DNA from: Octopus sinensis
Lineage: Eukaryota
DNA: 64,000 nucleotides
Reading direction: 5' to 3'
Assembly: GCF_006345805.1 (NCBI RefSeq)
Contig: NC_043005.1
Coordinates: 106,640,001-106,704,000, forward strand
This document shows, piece by piece, positions 36,662-50,585 of the stretch (position 1 is the stretch's first letter; every line of letters starts with the position of its first letter). The position numbers were made by a program, and so were the translations under genes. The notes under the pieces were generated by a model. It did no database searches and was not told where the DNA came from. It was given only the letters and a program-made list of their open reading frames with translations.

Positions 36662-37728
36662 TATTGTGTCCACGCACAAGCTTTTTGTCTCTTTATACCT
36701 TTTACTTATATTTCTTATATATTTTTATTTATATTTTTTATACATATATTTCTTACATATTTATAGAGATATTGGTTTATAAGTATATTGCTTATATATT
36801 TTTTACACATAATTTTTCTGTATCCTATCTTCCACCCTGCATTTTCCCCTGTGCGTATATAGATGTGTATATGGAATCTTTTGTGCGTGCGTGTGGATGT
36901 GTGCGTGTGTGCGGTTATGTGCGTATATAGATGTGTGCGTGTGTGCGTGCATGCGAGTATGTGCCTATATAGACGTGTTTTACTCAGTAATTTTACACAT
37001 TTTCCTGTATTTTTGTCTTTAGCCCTGCTTTTTCTTGTGTATGTGCGCATATAGACGTATGTATGACCTTTTTTGTACGTGCGTGTGTGTGCGTATATAG
37101 ACGTGTGCGGGTATGTGCGTATATAGACGTGGTTTACTCTTTCTATACTCCCTTATACCTTTTTCTGTTTGTTACCCTTAGCCCTGTTTTTTCTTGTGCT
37201 TGTGCGTATGTAGACGTGTGCATGAACATTTATGGCACGCGCGCGTGTGTGTGTGTGTGTGGGGGGGGGTTGTATGTATATACATATACATTTGGCGAAT
37301 GATGCGGGTGAGGATGTGTACATTTTCAAGTGAGGGTAGCTGAATGTATACTTTTAGGCGCACGCATGTGGGTGTGTGGGCGCGACTGTGTAGGAATGAA
37401 CATGCGCGCTTACGCGAATACTATGAACCTTTTTACCCCCTTACTTTTACTCCCTCCCCTGACTTAGCAATCATTCGAATAGCTCTTTTGTCTTATTAAC
37501 GGTCAATCACACAGTAATTTCCCTTCGTATAACGGTCATTTTTAATGGCATTTTTCCGATGGTTGGATAACTGAAGAGATGGCGGCGTGGATTTCCACCT
37601 CGGCATCCGAAACTCGGAGTTTTATCATGGCTAGCGAATAATTGTCACATATTACATTTACAGATAAATTCCTCTATTTACATAATATCGAGGTCTCCTT
37701 CATTCTTTTGTTATCTTACCATTTTTAT

Positions 37729-37730
<2 letters not shown>
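36662..37730 (+). mobile_element. Non-coding Penelope-like terminal repeat (family H3) with internal GTGCGTATATAGAYGTG repeats
   Basis: Ends in a hammerhead motif and runs into a TA tract; the left boundary is approximate. Confidence 0.5.
37566..37626 (+). ncRNA. Type I hammerhead ribozyme motif
   Basis: Stem I GATAA/TTATC; core CTGAAGA; stem II GATGgCGGcGTGG-attt-CCACCTCGGCATC; GAAA; stem III ACTC-G-GAGT; GUU cleavage triplet. Confidence 0.7.
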
Positions 37731-37774
<44 letters not shown>

Positions 37775-37827
37775 ATATATATATATATATATATATTTAT
37801 CAATATATATATATATATATATATATA

Positions 37828-38105
37828 TCATTCCTTCTTTGATATAGCTCTCTTGTTTTTAAAAACATTTTCCTCCATTTTTACCACTTCCGTCTTTTTA
37901 GTATGTGAACTCGTGAATACCACCGGCGATTTTTTTCCTCTGTTCCCCCGTCTCGGGATCTTTCCTTCTTCCATGTTTCCGACGAAGAGCTCCGCTCGAA
38001 ACGTCAAACCCTCCTTCTTCCCTTCTTTCCTGAGCGTCCAATAATACTTTATTTGTTCCATATCCTTGCGTTGTTGTCTTTTTGTTTTCTTGTTTGGATT
38101 AACTT
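37828..38105 (+). mobile_element. Penelope-like terminal repeat fragment, family H1, with a minimal hammerhead-like motif at 37975-38009
   Basis: GTTT-CCGACGA-A-GAGC-tcc-GCTC-GAA-ACGT-C-AAAC; second copy at 4516-4722; TA tracts on both sides. Confidence 0.68.
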
Positions 38106-38131
38106 TATATATATATATATATATATATATA

Positions 38132-38475
38132 CTAGCAGTATTGCCCGTTTTTATATCTTCATTTTTTATTTTTCATGCAATTTACGCATGCTTGCACGCG
38201 TGGTGAACACATTTCACGTCAAACAGCTGACTGAGTAAAGTTCACTATTCAATGCATGGGATAAAGCCTAAACAAACACATTATCGATTTTTGCACTTGC
38301 GAGATGAATTTCGGAACAGAAATAGCGCAGTTCAATTTTCATTCGCCTAAACTTTAAGTGACCCATTTTTGGTGGTTCTAAGATTTGTTGGCTAGGAGAA
38401 GATGTGCCGGGAAGTTAAACACACAGACACACACACAGATACACACACAGACACACAAGTTGAGTTTTATATATA
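38132..38475 (-). mobile_element. Non-autonomous Helitron-like element
   Basis: ACTAGCAGTATTGCCCG end shared with 10791; opposite end has a CA/CAGA microsatellite and TTTTATATATA. Confidence 0.6.
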
Positions 38476-39694
38476 CAAATATATAAATATATATATATCT
38501 ACATGTACTCTCGTTGACACTCCTTTATATCTACTCTCCAATTTTATTTCTTTATTGCTCCCTTTATCCAACCTCTACCTATTTACCTTCTTTCATAATG
38601 TTTTATCATTCTTTCGTCCCTCTCTGTATAATGTCTGTTTGCTTCGACATTCTGTAGCGCGGCATAAATCAGAATTCACCAAAGAGGTACGCGATTTGTG
38701 GTATATTATATATCTCAAAACATTTCTCAGTCTTTCTCCCCTTCCCATCTCGCTGTTCTCTCTGTTTGCACATACACACACTCACGCACAAATATAGCTG
38801 TCTGACAATAGGCATAAGTATATATGTAAATATCTGCGAGCGTATATATATTTGTGTGTGTGTGCGAGCGTTAATATAGTTTTTTGAAATATGGAAAATG
38901 TACTATTTTATCTGGTCAAATACTGTGTGTTTGAAAACAAGCAGGTGATGCCGATCTATGAAACTCATTGTTATGCCATTTCACCAGGTAAATATATGTA
39001 AACTGTATTCAGTGTTTGTATTGTTCTGTCAAAATGGTTTCGTATATTTCTTCATGTATACACGTGCGTGTTGAAATTCCTTTATAGTCTTGTGTACATA
39101 GTTAAGTGGAGTTTTGTTACTCGTAACTAATTAATCAGAACACACACAAATGTATGCATATTTATGTTTATCTATAATATACACAGATACACACACACTT
39201 GTTAAAATACATCTAAATACTGGGAATCCTAGTTATAAAAGAAATAGGAAAACAAACGCTTTTTATGATTTATGTGAGAAGACTCTTCACGGACCATTTC
39301 GTTGTTTGGTAACTGCTCCTAAGGCAAAACGTATTCCCCCTCCTCCCACAACACAGAATATTGGGTAAACCGCTTTATAAAACATCCAGAAATTAAACAC
39401 CGTTTTGGGTAGCCCAGTTTCTATACCTGTGCTTTCGGTGGCTCTTCTTTAATTACACAATATACAATTTAGGCATAAAACAGAGAGAAACAGTAACCCT
39501 GAAATAAAAATAAGCATATATATTGGAAGCTAGCTCTGAGAAAAATTGGAACATCAAAAATATTCCTTCCAAAATTTGCAACTGGAAAGTTTCACAGACA
39601 CCGCTCTCCTTTCCTTATCAACAACATAGTTTCTAAAGGTGTGAGAAATTACACTATGGGGCTGGTAGATAGCCTGATATATATGTGTCTTCAC

Positions 39695-39928
39695 AAGGCG
39701 GCGAGCTGGCAGAAACGTCAGCACGCCGGGCGAAATGCGTAGCTGTATTTCGTCTGCCGTTACGTTCTGAGTTCAAATCCCGCTGAGGTTGAATATGCCT
39801 TTCATCCTTTCGGGGTCGATAAATTAAGTACCAGTTACGCACTGGGGTCGATGTAATCGACTTAATCCGTTTGTCTGTCCTTGTTTGTCCCCCCCCTGCG
39901 TTTAGCCCCTTGTGGGTAGTAAAGAAAT
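39695..39928 (+). mobile_element. SINE family A
   Basis: Full copy. Confidence 0.9.
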
Positions 39929-40189
39929 ATATATTTGTGTTTTCATGTCTCTTTATTAATCAAACAATACTCATTTTATGCATCACACATCATGAATGAA
40001 TAAAAGTAAAATATATTGGAATGTATCGCTGTACGACTAAATGTTCTCTGGAAAGCAGACATCAAACCATGAATCAGTCCGTTAAGGAGACACCTTCATT
40101 ACTGTTTCCACCGATAAAAGCATAGAAAGGATGTGCTTCCATTTCTATTTGTCTCATAGCTAGAATTCGTAATATTTACATTCTTTACA

Positions 40190-40400
40190 GCGGCGAGCTG
40201 GCAGAATCGATAGCGCGCCGGGCAAAATGCTTAGCGGCATATAGTCTGTCTTTGTGTTCTGAGTTCCAATTCGGTCCAAATTGACTTTGACCTTCATCCT
40301 TCTGGAATCGATAAAATAAGAAATAGTTAAGCACTGGGGCCGATGTAATCAACTTGCCCCTTCCTCGGAATTGCTGGCTTTGTGCCAAAATATGAAAGCA
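40190..40400 (+). mobile_element. Older SINE family A copy with alternative tail
   Basis: Diverged head and centre; tail TGCTGGCTTTGTGCCAAAATATGAAA. Confidence 0.75.
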
Positions 40401-40759
40401 ATATTTGCATTCTTTCAGTACTTCTTATTTACGCTATGATGTTCAAATACATGTATTGTTGATTTAATGAGGCGCAGTAAAAAAGGCAGAATTAAGCAAT
40501 TCACATAAATGAATATTAGGTAGTACTGATTGTGAGGGGAAACTAGGTACATTTTGTGTAAGGTGCGAACAACAAACAAGGTAACAGCTTTGAAGAAAAC
40601 GCTTCAAAAAGTTTTCATGCGATATTTCAAGTATTATGCTGAAATTCCTATTTCTCGCACAAATTTTTTTTAATATTCTTATTTGAGTTCTGTTGCGCAT
40701 TACGCGCGCAGGCACACAGACACACATACTTATTTACATAATATGTTATAGAAAATCCG

Positions 40760-41090
40760 ATGCAAAGAAGACAAGAACGGGTCATTCGAAGTGTTCTATT
40801 TTCAGTCAAAAACCAGATTATCCTCGTAATTTCAGCTGATTATTCTCGAGACTGCTCCAATCTGGCCAGCCCCAAGGAAAAACTAAGCTAAGAGCATTAG
40901 ATTCCTTGGAAGAAAGCAGCGAATCTATCCATAAACAAGGGCGGCAAAAACGGACAATGCTACACAAATATAAATGCAAAAAAATGCAATAAAAATAATA
41001 ACAGGACATAACAACAAGTGTCTTTCGACTAAGGATGAACTGAATTAAAATGGCGCGTGTGGAAATGAAGCCTTACGGCAGAAATACAAA
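40760..41090 (-). mobile_element. Interspersed repeat family H4 (Penelope-end-like)
   Basis: Homologous to 54430-54730 and in part to 43397-43540. Confidence 0.6.
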
Positions 41091-41204
41091 AGTTTCACAA
41101 ACGCAGGGAAGAATATCGATGTTTCATATGTTGCGTGCGTGCCTACGTGTATATGTGTATGTATATCCGGTGTAATGTTAACAGTTCAGATATTTAAAAG
41201 GTAT

Positions 41205-41280
<76 letters not shown>

Positions 41281-42374
41281 ATATATGTATATATATATGT
41301 AATATATATGTATATATATATATAGGTGTATATATTATATATATATATATTAGAAAAATTGAGGTAATCAGATCAGATGGTTCATATTTGTAGATATTTA
41401 TTTATATATTACATTTTTTACATATATATCATATCATTCGGATTAGCGCTTGCTCCCATTCTAGTGGTTTTCAAATCAAATCAGTTGTGGTAGTTTGAAC
41501 CTTTTTATAGTTTCGTAGTAGTGGTTGAGGAGGAAGTGAGGCAGAGAGAGAAAATATGTTGTGTATGTGTGGTGTGTGTGTGTGTGTGTTGTGTGCGGGT
41601 GTGTGTGTTGTGTGCGCATTTATATCTGAGAGTGAAGAAGTGTTATTTCCGTTGGTCTGCTGGACCCCCTGTGGTTTTATAAGAACTTTGGCTGTCCATT
41701 TCAATGTCACTGAGTGTGTGTGTGCATAGGTGGCTGGTAAATGTCATTTGGGGTCACACTTTCTATGATCATTCTGTGGAGTGTGTGTGTGTGTGTGGTC
41801 TCTTGTGTGTGTGTGTGTTTTTGGTGTGTGTGTGTGTGTGTGGTGTATGTGTGTTTGTGTGTGTCTGTGTGTTTGGAGAAGGGGAGAGAGACAAAAAGAG
41901 AAAAGGGAAAATAAAAATGATAATAATAAAAATAAAAAATTAAAAAAATTAAAAAATAAAATAAAAATAAAAATAAAAACAAAAAATAAAAATAAAATAA
42001 AAAAATATAAAGAATAAATAAAAATATAAAGAATAAAAAATAAAAAAATAAAAATAAAAATAAAATAAAAATAAGGGAGGAAGTGGAGAAGAAAAAATAT
42101 TTTTGTGTGTTGATATTTATACAAACACATATATATACACACACACAGCTTATACATAAAATATTTGAAAAAACCTTTTATCGGTTCAAAATGAACAACC
42201 AAATTATACCATCTTGAAAGTTGTATGCCATAGGAAAGTTAAAACTAAAGTGACAATTAAGGGTAAAGATGGAAGTGAATTATAAAGATAATTATAATAT
42301 GATGTATATAACAGGCAATACACCATATCTAACACACACACAGATTTTTCCTTCAATGTATGTTGAGTAAAGTT

Positions 42375-43230
42375 TCAGCCATTTAATTTTGGGGAGAACT
42401 TAGCTATGAAATGTTTTTCCATATTCCTCCTGAAGGGGGTGTCATTCTTCGGACACTTGTAGAGGGAAATATCTTAAATTTTCCTTCTCCACATGTAGCT
42501 AGGTGTGCTTAGTGGTATTTTGCGTAGTTCTTCCTGCCGAATATGTTGTCGGTGGATCCTGGCTCGCTGGCACAAAGAATTACAGTTTCTCCTACGTAAT
42601 TCTCCTTGCATGTGGGGCAGGTTATGCAGTATATATGACGTTCTGCGTCTTGCAGTTCATATCTGCATTTACTTTGAATATGACACCATTTTTAAATCTT
42701 ATCTCTCTGTTGCTCTCTATGTATTTGTAGTGGGGTTGCTGCAGGTCCCACATCTACCATCTCCGCACTCTTTTGCAAAGAATTCCGTTTTAGTTTCTGA
42801 AGAGAATTTCGCTCTTGTTAGTTGTTTTTTTAGGTTTTTGTCCTGTCGTCTACTGTTTTTTATGCTATATTTGTTTAAATGTTTTTCATTTTGGGGCTCT
42901 GTAAGGCTATTGGTAGGTTTGAATGTATGGTTTGGAAGATGTTGGTAACTCCAGGGTTGTGTGTGTTTATAAAAGGGATAGGTTTTCTTTGTTTTTGTTT
43001 TGGGTGTCCTGAGTTGTGTGATGTCTAGTTTTAATGCTCTTGTGATTCCATTTTCTATTAGTTTAAGGGGTATTTTTGCTCTAGGAGGAAGCTTGAGTTC
43101 ATCTAGTCTTATTAATCGTATTTGTGAATCAGTTACTATGCTACATATTCGTCGTGCCATACTATATGGGATGTTTCTTTTGTGTGGGATGGGTGGCAGG
43201 AGTGGAAATTTAAGTATTGATGTGTGTCAG
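42375..43230 (-). pseudogene. Penelope-like ORF fragment (RT thumb plus GIY-YIG endonuclease, Neptune-like)
   Basis: THQYLNFHSCHP, IPYSMARRIC, RQDKNLKKQL, CGDGRCGTC, NVIYCITCPTCKENYVGET and EKHFIAKFSPKLN; frameshifted. Confidence 0.85.
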
Positions 43231-43265
43231 TTTTTTTGTAGTGGTGTCTGTTGTGACGATGGAGT

Positions 43266-43337
<72 letters not shown>

Positions 43338-43345
43338 TATACACA

Positions 43346-43387
<42 letters not shown>

Positions 43388-43396
43388 TATATATAT

Positions 43397-43540
43397 AAGA
43401 TTAATCAGCCGAAATTACTACGATGATCCGGTTCTTGACTGAAGACTGAGGGGTTCGAATGTCCTGTCCATGTTTATTGTATCGTCTTCTATGAGTTATA
43501 CGTTCTTGTCCATGTTGTATTTTTCTACATACCTTAATAT
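43397..43540 (+). mobile_element. Repeat family H4 fragment
   Basis: CAGCCGAAATTAC...TTGACTGAAGA...TTCGAATG matches the reverse complement of 40770-40835. Confidence 0.5.
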
Positions 43541-44374
43541 ATATATATATGCCTATATATAATATATTATATATGTGTGTGTCTGTGTGTGTGTATTTAT
43601 ATATTTATATATATAGATATGTGTATGTATATATTGTGTATTTATATAAAAACGAACAATATGAGCGGCAGAAGAGGGAGGAACATGAAAAAAGAAACGA
43701 GAAATAGAAAAGAAAAATATTGCCTCAACAACCAGCTGCAACAGCATCACGAGGCACAGCGTCGGTAATGACATCACTGAAACAAGAACATTTAATAATC
43801 AAGAATTATAATGATGAATGCAGCAAGAAAGATACAAGAAGCACAACAGTAAGGTAACACACGCCAAAGGACATTCACCATCACCATCACCACCACAAAC
43901 ACCACCACCTCCACCTCATCCTTCTCCTCTTCCTCCTCCTCCTCCTCGATTTCCAAGCTGAACGTCTCAACCACTATAGATAAACCTACGGCAAGTAAAC
44001 AATAAAAATACCATCACTACAACCAATAAAGAAAAAAAAATCATTAGCAAGGAAAACAACAAATATAGTAACATTAATATAAAAAAGACGACGATCGTAG
44101 CAACATCAACACCAGCGATGATCATAAGAGCAACAACGAAAAATCTTAAAAACGAAAATAGTCAATCTCCCAGGGGCCGAATGGATGCGTTCTTGTGACA
44201 TGCAGCGTTGTTGTTACTTGCCATTTGGTGCCAAAGCCAACCTCACCAAATATTTTCCTTAATACCGTTTCTTTTCATTCCAACCACCCAATATTTCTCA
44301 ACCCCATTATAACCACCCCTCAAGTTATTTCCACCACCAAATAGATTTGATGTTGTCAGGTTCGACACTTATTC

Positions 44375-44510
44375 TTTTCTACTCTAGGCACAAGGCCTGA
44401 AATTTTGGGGGAGGGGGCCAATCGATTAGATCGACCACAGTACGCAACTGGTATTTAATTTATAGACCCCGAAAGGATGAAAGCCAAAGTCGACCTCAGC
44501 GGAATTTGAG
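44375..44510 (-). mobile_element. SINE family A fragment with alternative tail
   Basis: Central domain present; flanked by duplicated TTCGACACTTATT. Confidence 0.75.
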
Positions 44511-44803
44511 ATTCGACACTTATTACTCTACATTTTTATTCAAGAGCTCGCTTCATTAGGAGAAGACAAAATAACTTATAGAATTTCGTTGTGTTTCTTA
44601 CATTCATAGTTCGAATCCTATCGAGTTCAATTTTGTATTTCATCAATCCGGGCTTGATTGGTACTTACTCCCTGTGATTACGTTCAGCAAAACATAAGGG
44701 CCAACACATTGTTATCGGCCCAAACCTGTTATAAGGATATAACGGACAAAACAACACACACACACACACATATGCAGTAATACATGCACGTATATATATG
44801 TGT

Positions 44804-44875
<72 letters not shown>

Positions 44876-44905
44876 TTAGGGAGCATAACTCCAAACTTAC
44901 TCCTA

Positions 44906-44973
<68 letters not shown>

Positions 44974-44989
44974 CTGTGTCTGTGTGTAG

Positions 44990-45216
44990 TGAAGGAGCAT
45001 GACTCAGTGGTTAGAGCGTCGAGCTTACGATCGTGAGGTTGTGAGTTCGAATACCGGACCGGGCTGCGTGTTGTGTTCTTGAGCAAGACACTTTATTTCA
45101 CGTTGCTTCAGCTTTGAAATAGAGGTACTACTCACTTTTGCCAGCTGAGTGGACTGGAGCAACGTGAAATAAAGTGTCTTGCTCAAGGACAACGCGTCGC
45201 CGGGAATCGAACTCAT
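44990..45216. mobile_element. Two family-D SINE fragments in inverted orientation
   Basis: 44990-45110 (+) head and 45130-45216 (-) fragment share TTGAGCAAGACACTTTATTTCACGTTGCT. Confidence 0.82.
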
Positions 45217-45285
45217 GTCCTTTACATTACAAAATGTATTTCATGACAAAATTATTTTAGCATTTTCTACCTTTTCTTTTCGTCC

Positions 45286-45382
<97 letters not shown>

Positions 45383-45448
45383 TATACATATATATATACA
45401 TATATATGTATATATATATATACATATATATACATATATATATACACA

Positions 45449-45508
<60 letters not shown>

Positions 45509-46574
45509 TATGTATATTTATATACATACATCTATATAAATATGTGTGTGTATATCTATGTATCTATAAACGTCAATATATAGGTATTTACATATGCATA
45601 TGTATATACACATATATAAATATATGTATGTGCGAGTGTTTGTGAAAGAGTGCGAATTAATTAAAAGAGTACAAACGTAGAAATGTAATAATCTGCTAAA
45701 ATTGCAAAGCTGTTGTAGAAATTCCAGACATAAAGTGTTAACTGTCTGTATGCTGTGATATTTAAAGAAGGAAATATATTGATGACTGCTCAAGTATTTA
45801 AGACAACCGTTAATCTTTACTTTAATCTACTTTTTAAGACACAACCTCATTATGTAATGTTCTGTTGTGTCTGGGGAGAGTCATTTTCTTTTTGTACCTT
45901 ATAATGTAACACACTCACCGGTAAAATTTCCACTCATTTCTTATTTTTATTTTCCTAAAATTTTCGTTGCGTCTTGCAACCTTTTCAATAGTCTTGACTC
46001 TGTCTGTTATTTACACTGCGTTCCTTTTTGTTTGTTTGTGCGCATGTGTGTGGGTCAGTGTGTGTGTGCCTATGCATGAATGCGTGTACGTATGTATGTG
46101 TATATGTATGTATGTATGTGTATGTATGTATGTGTGTGTGTGTGAGCGTGTGTTTGTATAAGTATGCACCTCTGTCTCCTTGTGTGTGCATGTCTGTGTG
46201 AGTGTGTGTGTGTTGTGCAACTATGTACCATTTTGTGTGAATGGATGTGCATCTCTATATGTGTGGATCCGTGTACCCATATGTGTCCTAGTGTGGAGCA
46301 AGGTGTATGTGTGTATACATGGTCATGTGTGTCAGTCTCCATTTGCGTATGTGTGCTTGTCTATTCTTGTAACCTATGTACCTATCCGTCTGTATGTTGA
46401 ACTGTTTATTTTCATATCCATATGCTTAAATACAAAAAAAATACATGTGCATACACACACTCACACACACACATACACACATCTATCTACATAAATCTAC
46501 ATAACAGTTCACTAACTATTCACTCTACCTGTGTAAACTGTGGGTATGGAGGTATTATATCTACTATGTATATT

Positions 46575-47636
46575 TTCTATTTAGTATTGGGGAGGTTTCA
46601 TTTATAAGGACGTATTCCCGTATTTGTCTGAGTGTTGGGTCTTTTGGGTGCTTGGATAAGATGTGGATGTCAAGTTGACCCAAGTTGCCTCCATGGTGGT
46701 CTTTGGCATGTTGGTAGAGTATGGAGGACTGTTTTTGTCGTCATACTGTCTCAGATGTCCATTTATTCGTTCCGCAATGCTTCTAGATGTCTCCCCTATG
46801 TACGCCATGTTCATTTCTTTACAAGCACCTTCTATGCATCTTATGCTGTAAACTACATTTCGAGTTCTACAGTTAATGCCAGGGTTAATCCTACATATCA
46901 TGCAGTTATCATTGGTGCATATGGTATTCTTAAAGGGGTACGTCCTACATAGTTGTGATCTGACGGAGTTCCCTGGCTTTTCAACAATCTTAATGTTGAA
47001 TTTGGTCTCCTTCAGAACTTTTCTAAATCTACGGGCCAGTTCTCCATGGGTTGTGGCCCCTACAAACATCACTCCTTGATATTTGTCGGTTTTATACAAC
47101 GTGTTCGCCCTGTTTGCTTTGTCACAAGTTCTTTTTATCCTATTCCATTCTTTGTTTCTATATCTAGGGCAGGTACCACTGATATTATTACGTATAATGT
47201 TGTCTAATTTCTTTCTAGCCCCCCTGTATACTCGAACCCTATATTTCTGATCATATCCAGGGAACTGCATGCGGTGCATGAAGTTCTGTATATGCTTTGT
47301 CATCCCATAGGGTTCGCATAGTGGGGACACATTGTTCATTATTCTAACCAAGTCAGCTATCACTATGTTAATTATCATATTGTGTGACAAAGCTGAGTTC
47401 TTGTGAACAACATATTTTGAAGTTATGGGTTTCATGTAATAAGAGTGGAAAAGCTGCACTCTATTGTTCACAGTCTTTAACCAAAGTTCAGTATCAAGAA
47501 CAGGGAGTCTGTTGTTGGGATGCTTGGTGAGGTAATCTATAGTTACCTTGATACTTTGGTGGATGGAGTTAGCTATTTGAAACTGAGAAGAATGTAATGG
47601 AGAGCATCCGTGGATTTTATATTCAATACGTGTCAT
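46575..47636 (-). pseudogene. Penelope-like ORF fragment, Naiad-like (RT C-terminus plus GIY-YIG)
   Basis: LPVLD, YYMKP, MQFPGY, VMFV.AT..GEL, IKIVEKPG, CRTRNVVYSIRC, YIGETSRS; after a frameshift near 46725, LYQHAKDHH...DPTLRQIREYVLI...PILNRK. Confidence 0.85.
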
Positions 47637-47939
47637 TATTTCTCTCTTTGAGCTTTGCCATTCATTCAGAATTATTCATATCAGAGCTGAGTTTGCCTTA
47701 GTTTTGGAAGGCCAATAGGATTTTTGAGACTAACCCTCGAAGCATTAATCAATTCGGTCACTAAAGCTCCAACCATCTGTGCTCCAACAAGTTTTACCTC
47801 ATTAGCAATTAAATAGGTCACGCATTTTAATATATCTACTAAAAAGAAAAAAAGTAGGACTCTATCATGAAGAGCAAGGCATATATAATGCATATGAACA
47901 CACGTACACATACACATATATACATATATATAAATATAC

Positions 47940-48006
<67 letters not shown>

Positions 48007-48020
48007 ATATATATACATAC

Positions 48021-48149
<129 letters not shown>

Positions 48150-49544
48150 CTAGAACAGTTCTACATTGGTGGCTTTACCAAAAGGAAACGGTTGTTAAAT
48201 AGACAGTGGTTTTTCCCATTATTTTGTCCAACTCCTGTATGCAAAATATATTCTAACAGGTAGATGTTTTACCTGTGTAATATGCACAAAATTTTGTTGC
48301 TTCTATGCCACGTATCACTAGAATAGTTTTCAGTCGTATAGTATCAGTATAGGAGTTCTGTTCTGAGAGAGATACCTAGTTAAAACTGTATGCATATCCC
48401 TCCTTGCTGCATAACAAATGTAACTGAATTATTATTGTGAGTATAAACTAAGTGAATGAACTTGAAATGTCAGGCGCTTTGAATATATTCCCTATTGTCG
48501 GCCCCCTTTTTTGTGCATTTTCTTAATTTGCAAGAACGATGTCAGTGTATCTGTTTGGTCTTAGGATGTTGATATTGGTCATTCAGTTTTCTACTAAGTT
48601 TCATTTATTTTGACAAGCGATGGTATGCAACGATTGAACTCTAACAAGAACGGTTTGAAAGGAGCAAATACATGTTAATTAGCAGACTTTCTGTAAAATA
48701 TTCAATGTTTTCTTTATTTAAAACTGGTTGTGTAGAATTTTATTTGTAGAAACTAACCTTAATCTCAGCAATATCGAAAATATTGAAATTGCGTTTCTTA
48801 TTTAAAAATTAAACCCAATTAACATGAGAAGAGCGCGTATTAACTTATTCAGAAGATGAGGAAGAGGCTCAGAGTGATTGCTTTGCACTCCAATATTTTT
48901 TATTCGCGAACATTAACAAATTTAACAGGTACAACCCTAAAATACATAACACAATAAAGGTTTTCATAATCGTTGAAATTGTTAGGACTCCCAAACATAG
49001 ATTATTTCCCTTACGCGTGGTGGCAGTATTGATGCTTGTCAGAGTAATCTTTAACTGCTTCCAAAGGAAGTCCATTTGAGAGATGGCAAAGATTCATTCG
49101 TTCATACACTATTTCCATTAGTTCACAAACACTTTGCCTTTTCAACAGATGGCGCTTCTCTGAAACATCACGTGACACATCCCTCAGCAAGATGAACACC
49201 ATAACCTGCTCATTGCCCTTTTATTCTCAACCGACATTCATTAAATAATTTCCTCAATTCTTCTTCTAACCCTAATGTTCACTACACTAAACTATAGATG
49301 TGCAACTTCAGTATCTCTAGTCTGTTCCCCAATGTCTCAAGTCTGTGAGAGCCCTTAAAGGTCAAACCTCTTCTATCGTCTACTTGCAAATTAAGTAATC
49401 AACATAAGCTCTACACAGCAAATTCTACAACGGTTTAGCTTAATAACCACTGCAGATGTGTCTACATTCTGCTATTTAAATACTGCGTTCTTGTTATTCG
49501 GTCCACATGAACACGAATAGCTACAGTATTACTTCCACTATTAT

Positions 49545-49915
49545 CGGTTTCAAATTTTGGCAAAAGGAGAAAGAGCTAGGTCGATCCCGGTGTGGTACTT
49601 AATTTATTGACCCCGAAAGGATGAAAGGCAAAGTAGACGTCAGCGGAATTTGCACTCAAAATGTAAAGATGGCCGAATACCTATTTCTTTACTACCCACA
49701 AGGGGCTAAACACAGAGGGGACAAACAAGGACAGACAAACGGATTAAGTCGATTACATCGACCCCAGCGCGTAACTGGTACTTATTTAATCGACCTCGAA
49801 AGGATGAAAGGCAAAGTCGATCTCGGCGGAATTTGAACTCAGAACGTAGCGGCAGACGAAATACCGCTAAGTATTTTACCTGGTGTGCTAAAGATTCTGC
49901 CAGCTCGCCGTCTTA
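49545..49915 (-). mobile_element. SINE family A, dimer with alternative second tail
   Basis: Head at 49915, junction at about 49681. Confidence 0.85.
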
Positions 49916-50367
49916 ACTTCCACTAATATCAACACATGAATCATTCCTCTATAAACCAGTTTACTCCAAACCACTCACGACTGTCAGTGGCAGAAAACAT
50001 TTAGTGAGCCATATGTATGTAACAATAAGTACTGTCACCTACAGAACCAGAAAACACACCACCAAAGTTAACATTAGGATATACCTTTAGCTGCTATATA
50101 TCTTTAATTACCAAAATGCACTCAACAAGCCACAATACACTCATAAGCAAGCAATAAAACTAACTGCAATAACATGGACACTGGGATTACCGGTTAAACT
50201 ACATGATTTTGAGTTCGATCCGACAGCGTCGTACGTTAAACGTATGTCTCCTACGATAGTCTTCGGTTGACCAAATAATTGTGTGTGAAATTTGATGGAC
50301 GGAAATTCGGAAACTCAAGACATGCTTTTGTGCGGCAGAGTTAATATTCCACCAAGTTTGATATTAC

Positions 50368-50585
50368 GTATTTCTTTACTACCCACAGAGGGGGAAAAAG
50401 GACAGACAAACGGATTAAATCGATTATATCGACCCCAGTGCGTAACTGATACTTATTTAATCGACCCCGAAAGGATGAAAGGCAAAGTCGACTTCGGCGG
50501 AATTTGAACTCAGAACATAGCGGCAGACGAAATACCGCTAATCATTTCGCCCGGCGTGCTAACGTTTCTGCCAGCTCGCCGCCTT
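50368..50585 (-). mobile_element. SINE family A
   Basis: Full head and centre. Confidence 0.88.

Noticed and set aside
49050-49330. Possible RTE LINE 3' remnant
   Set aside because: Similarity too weak to support by eye.
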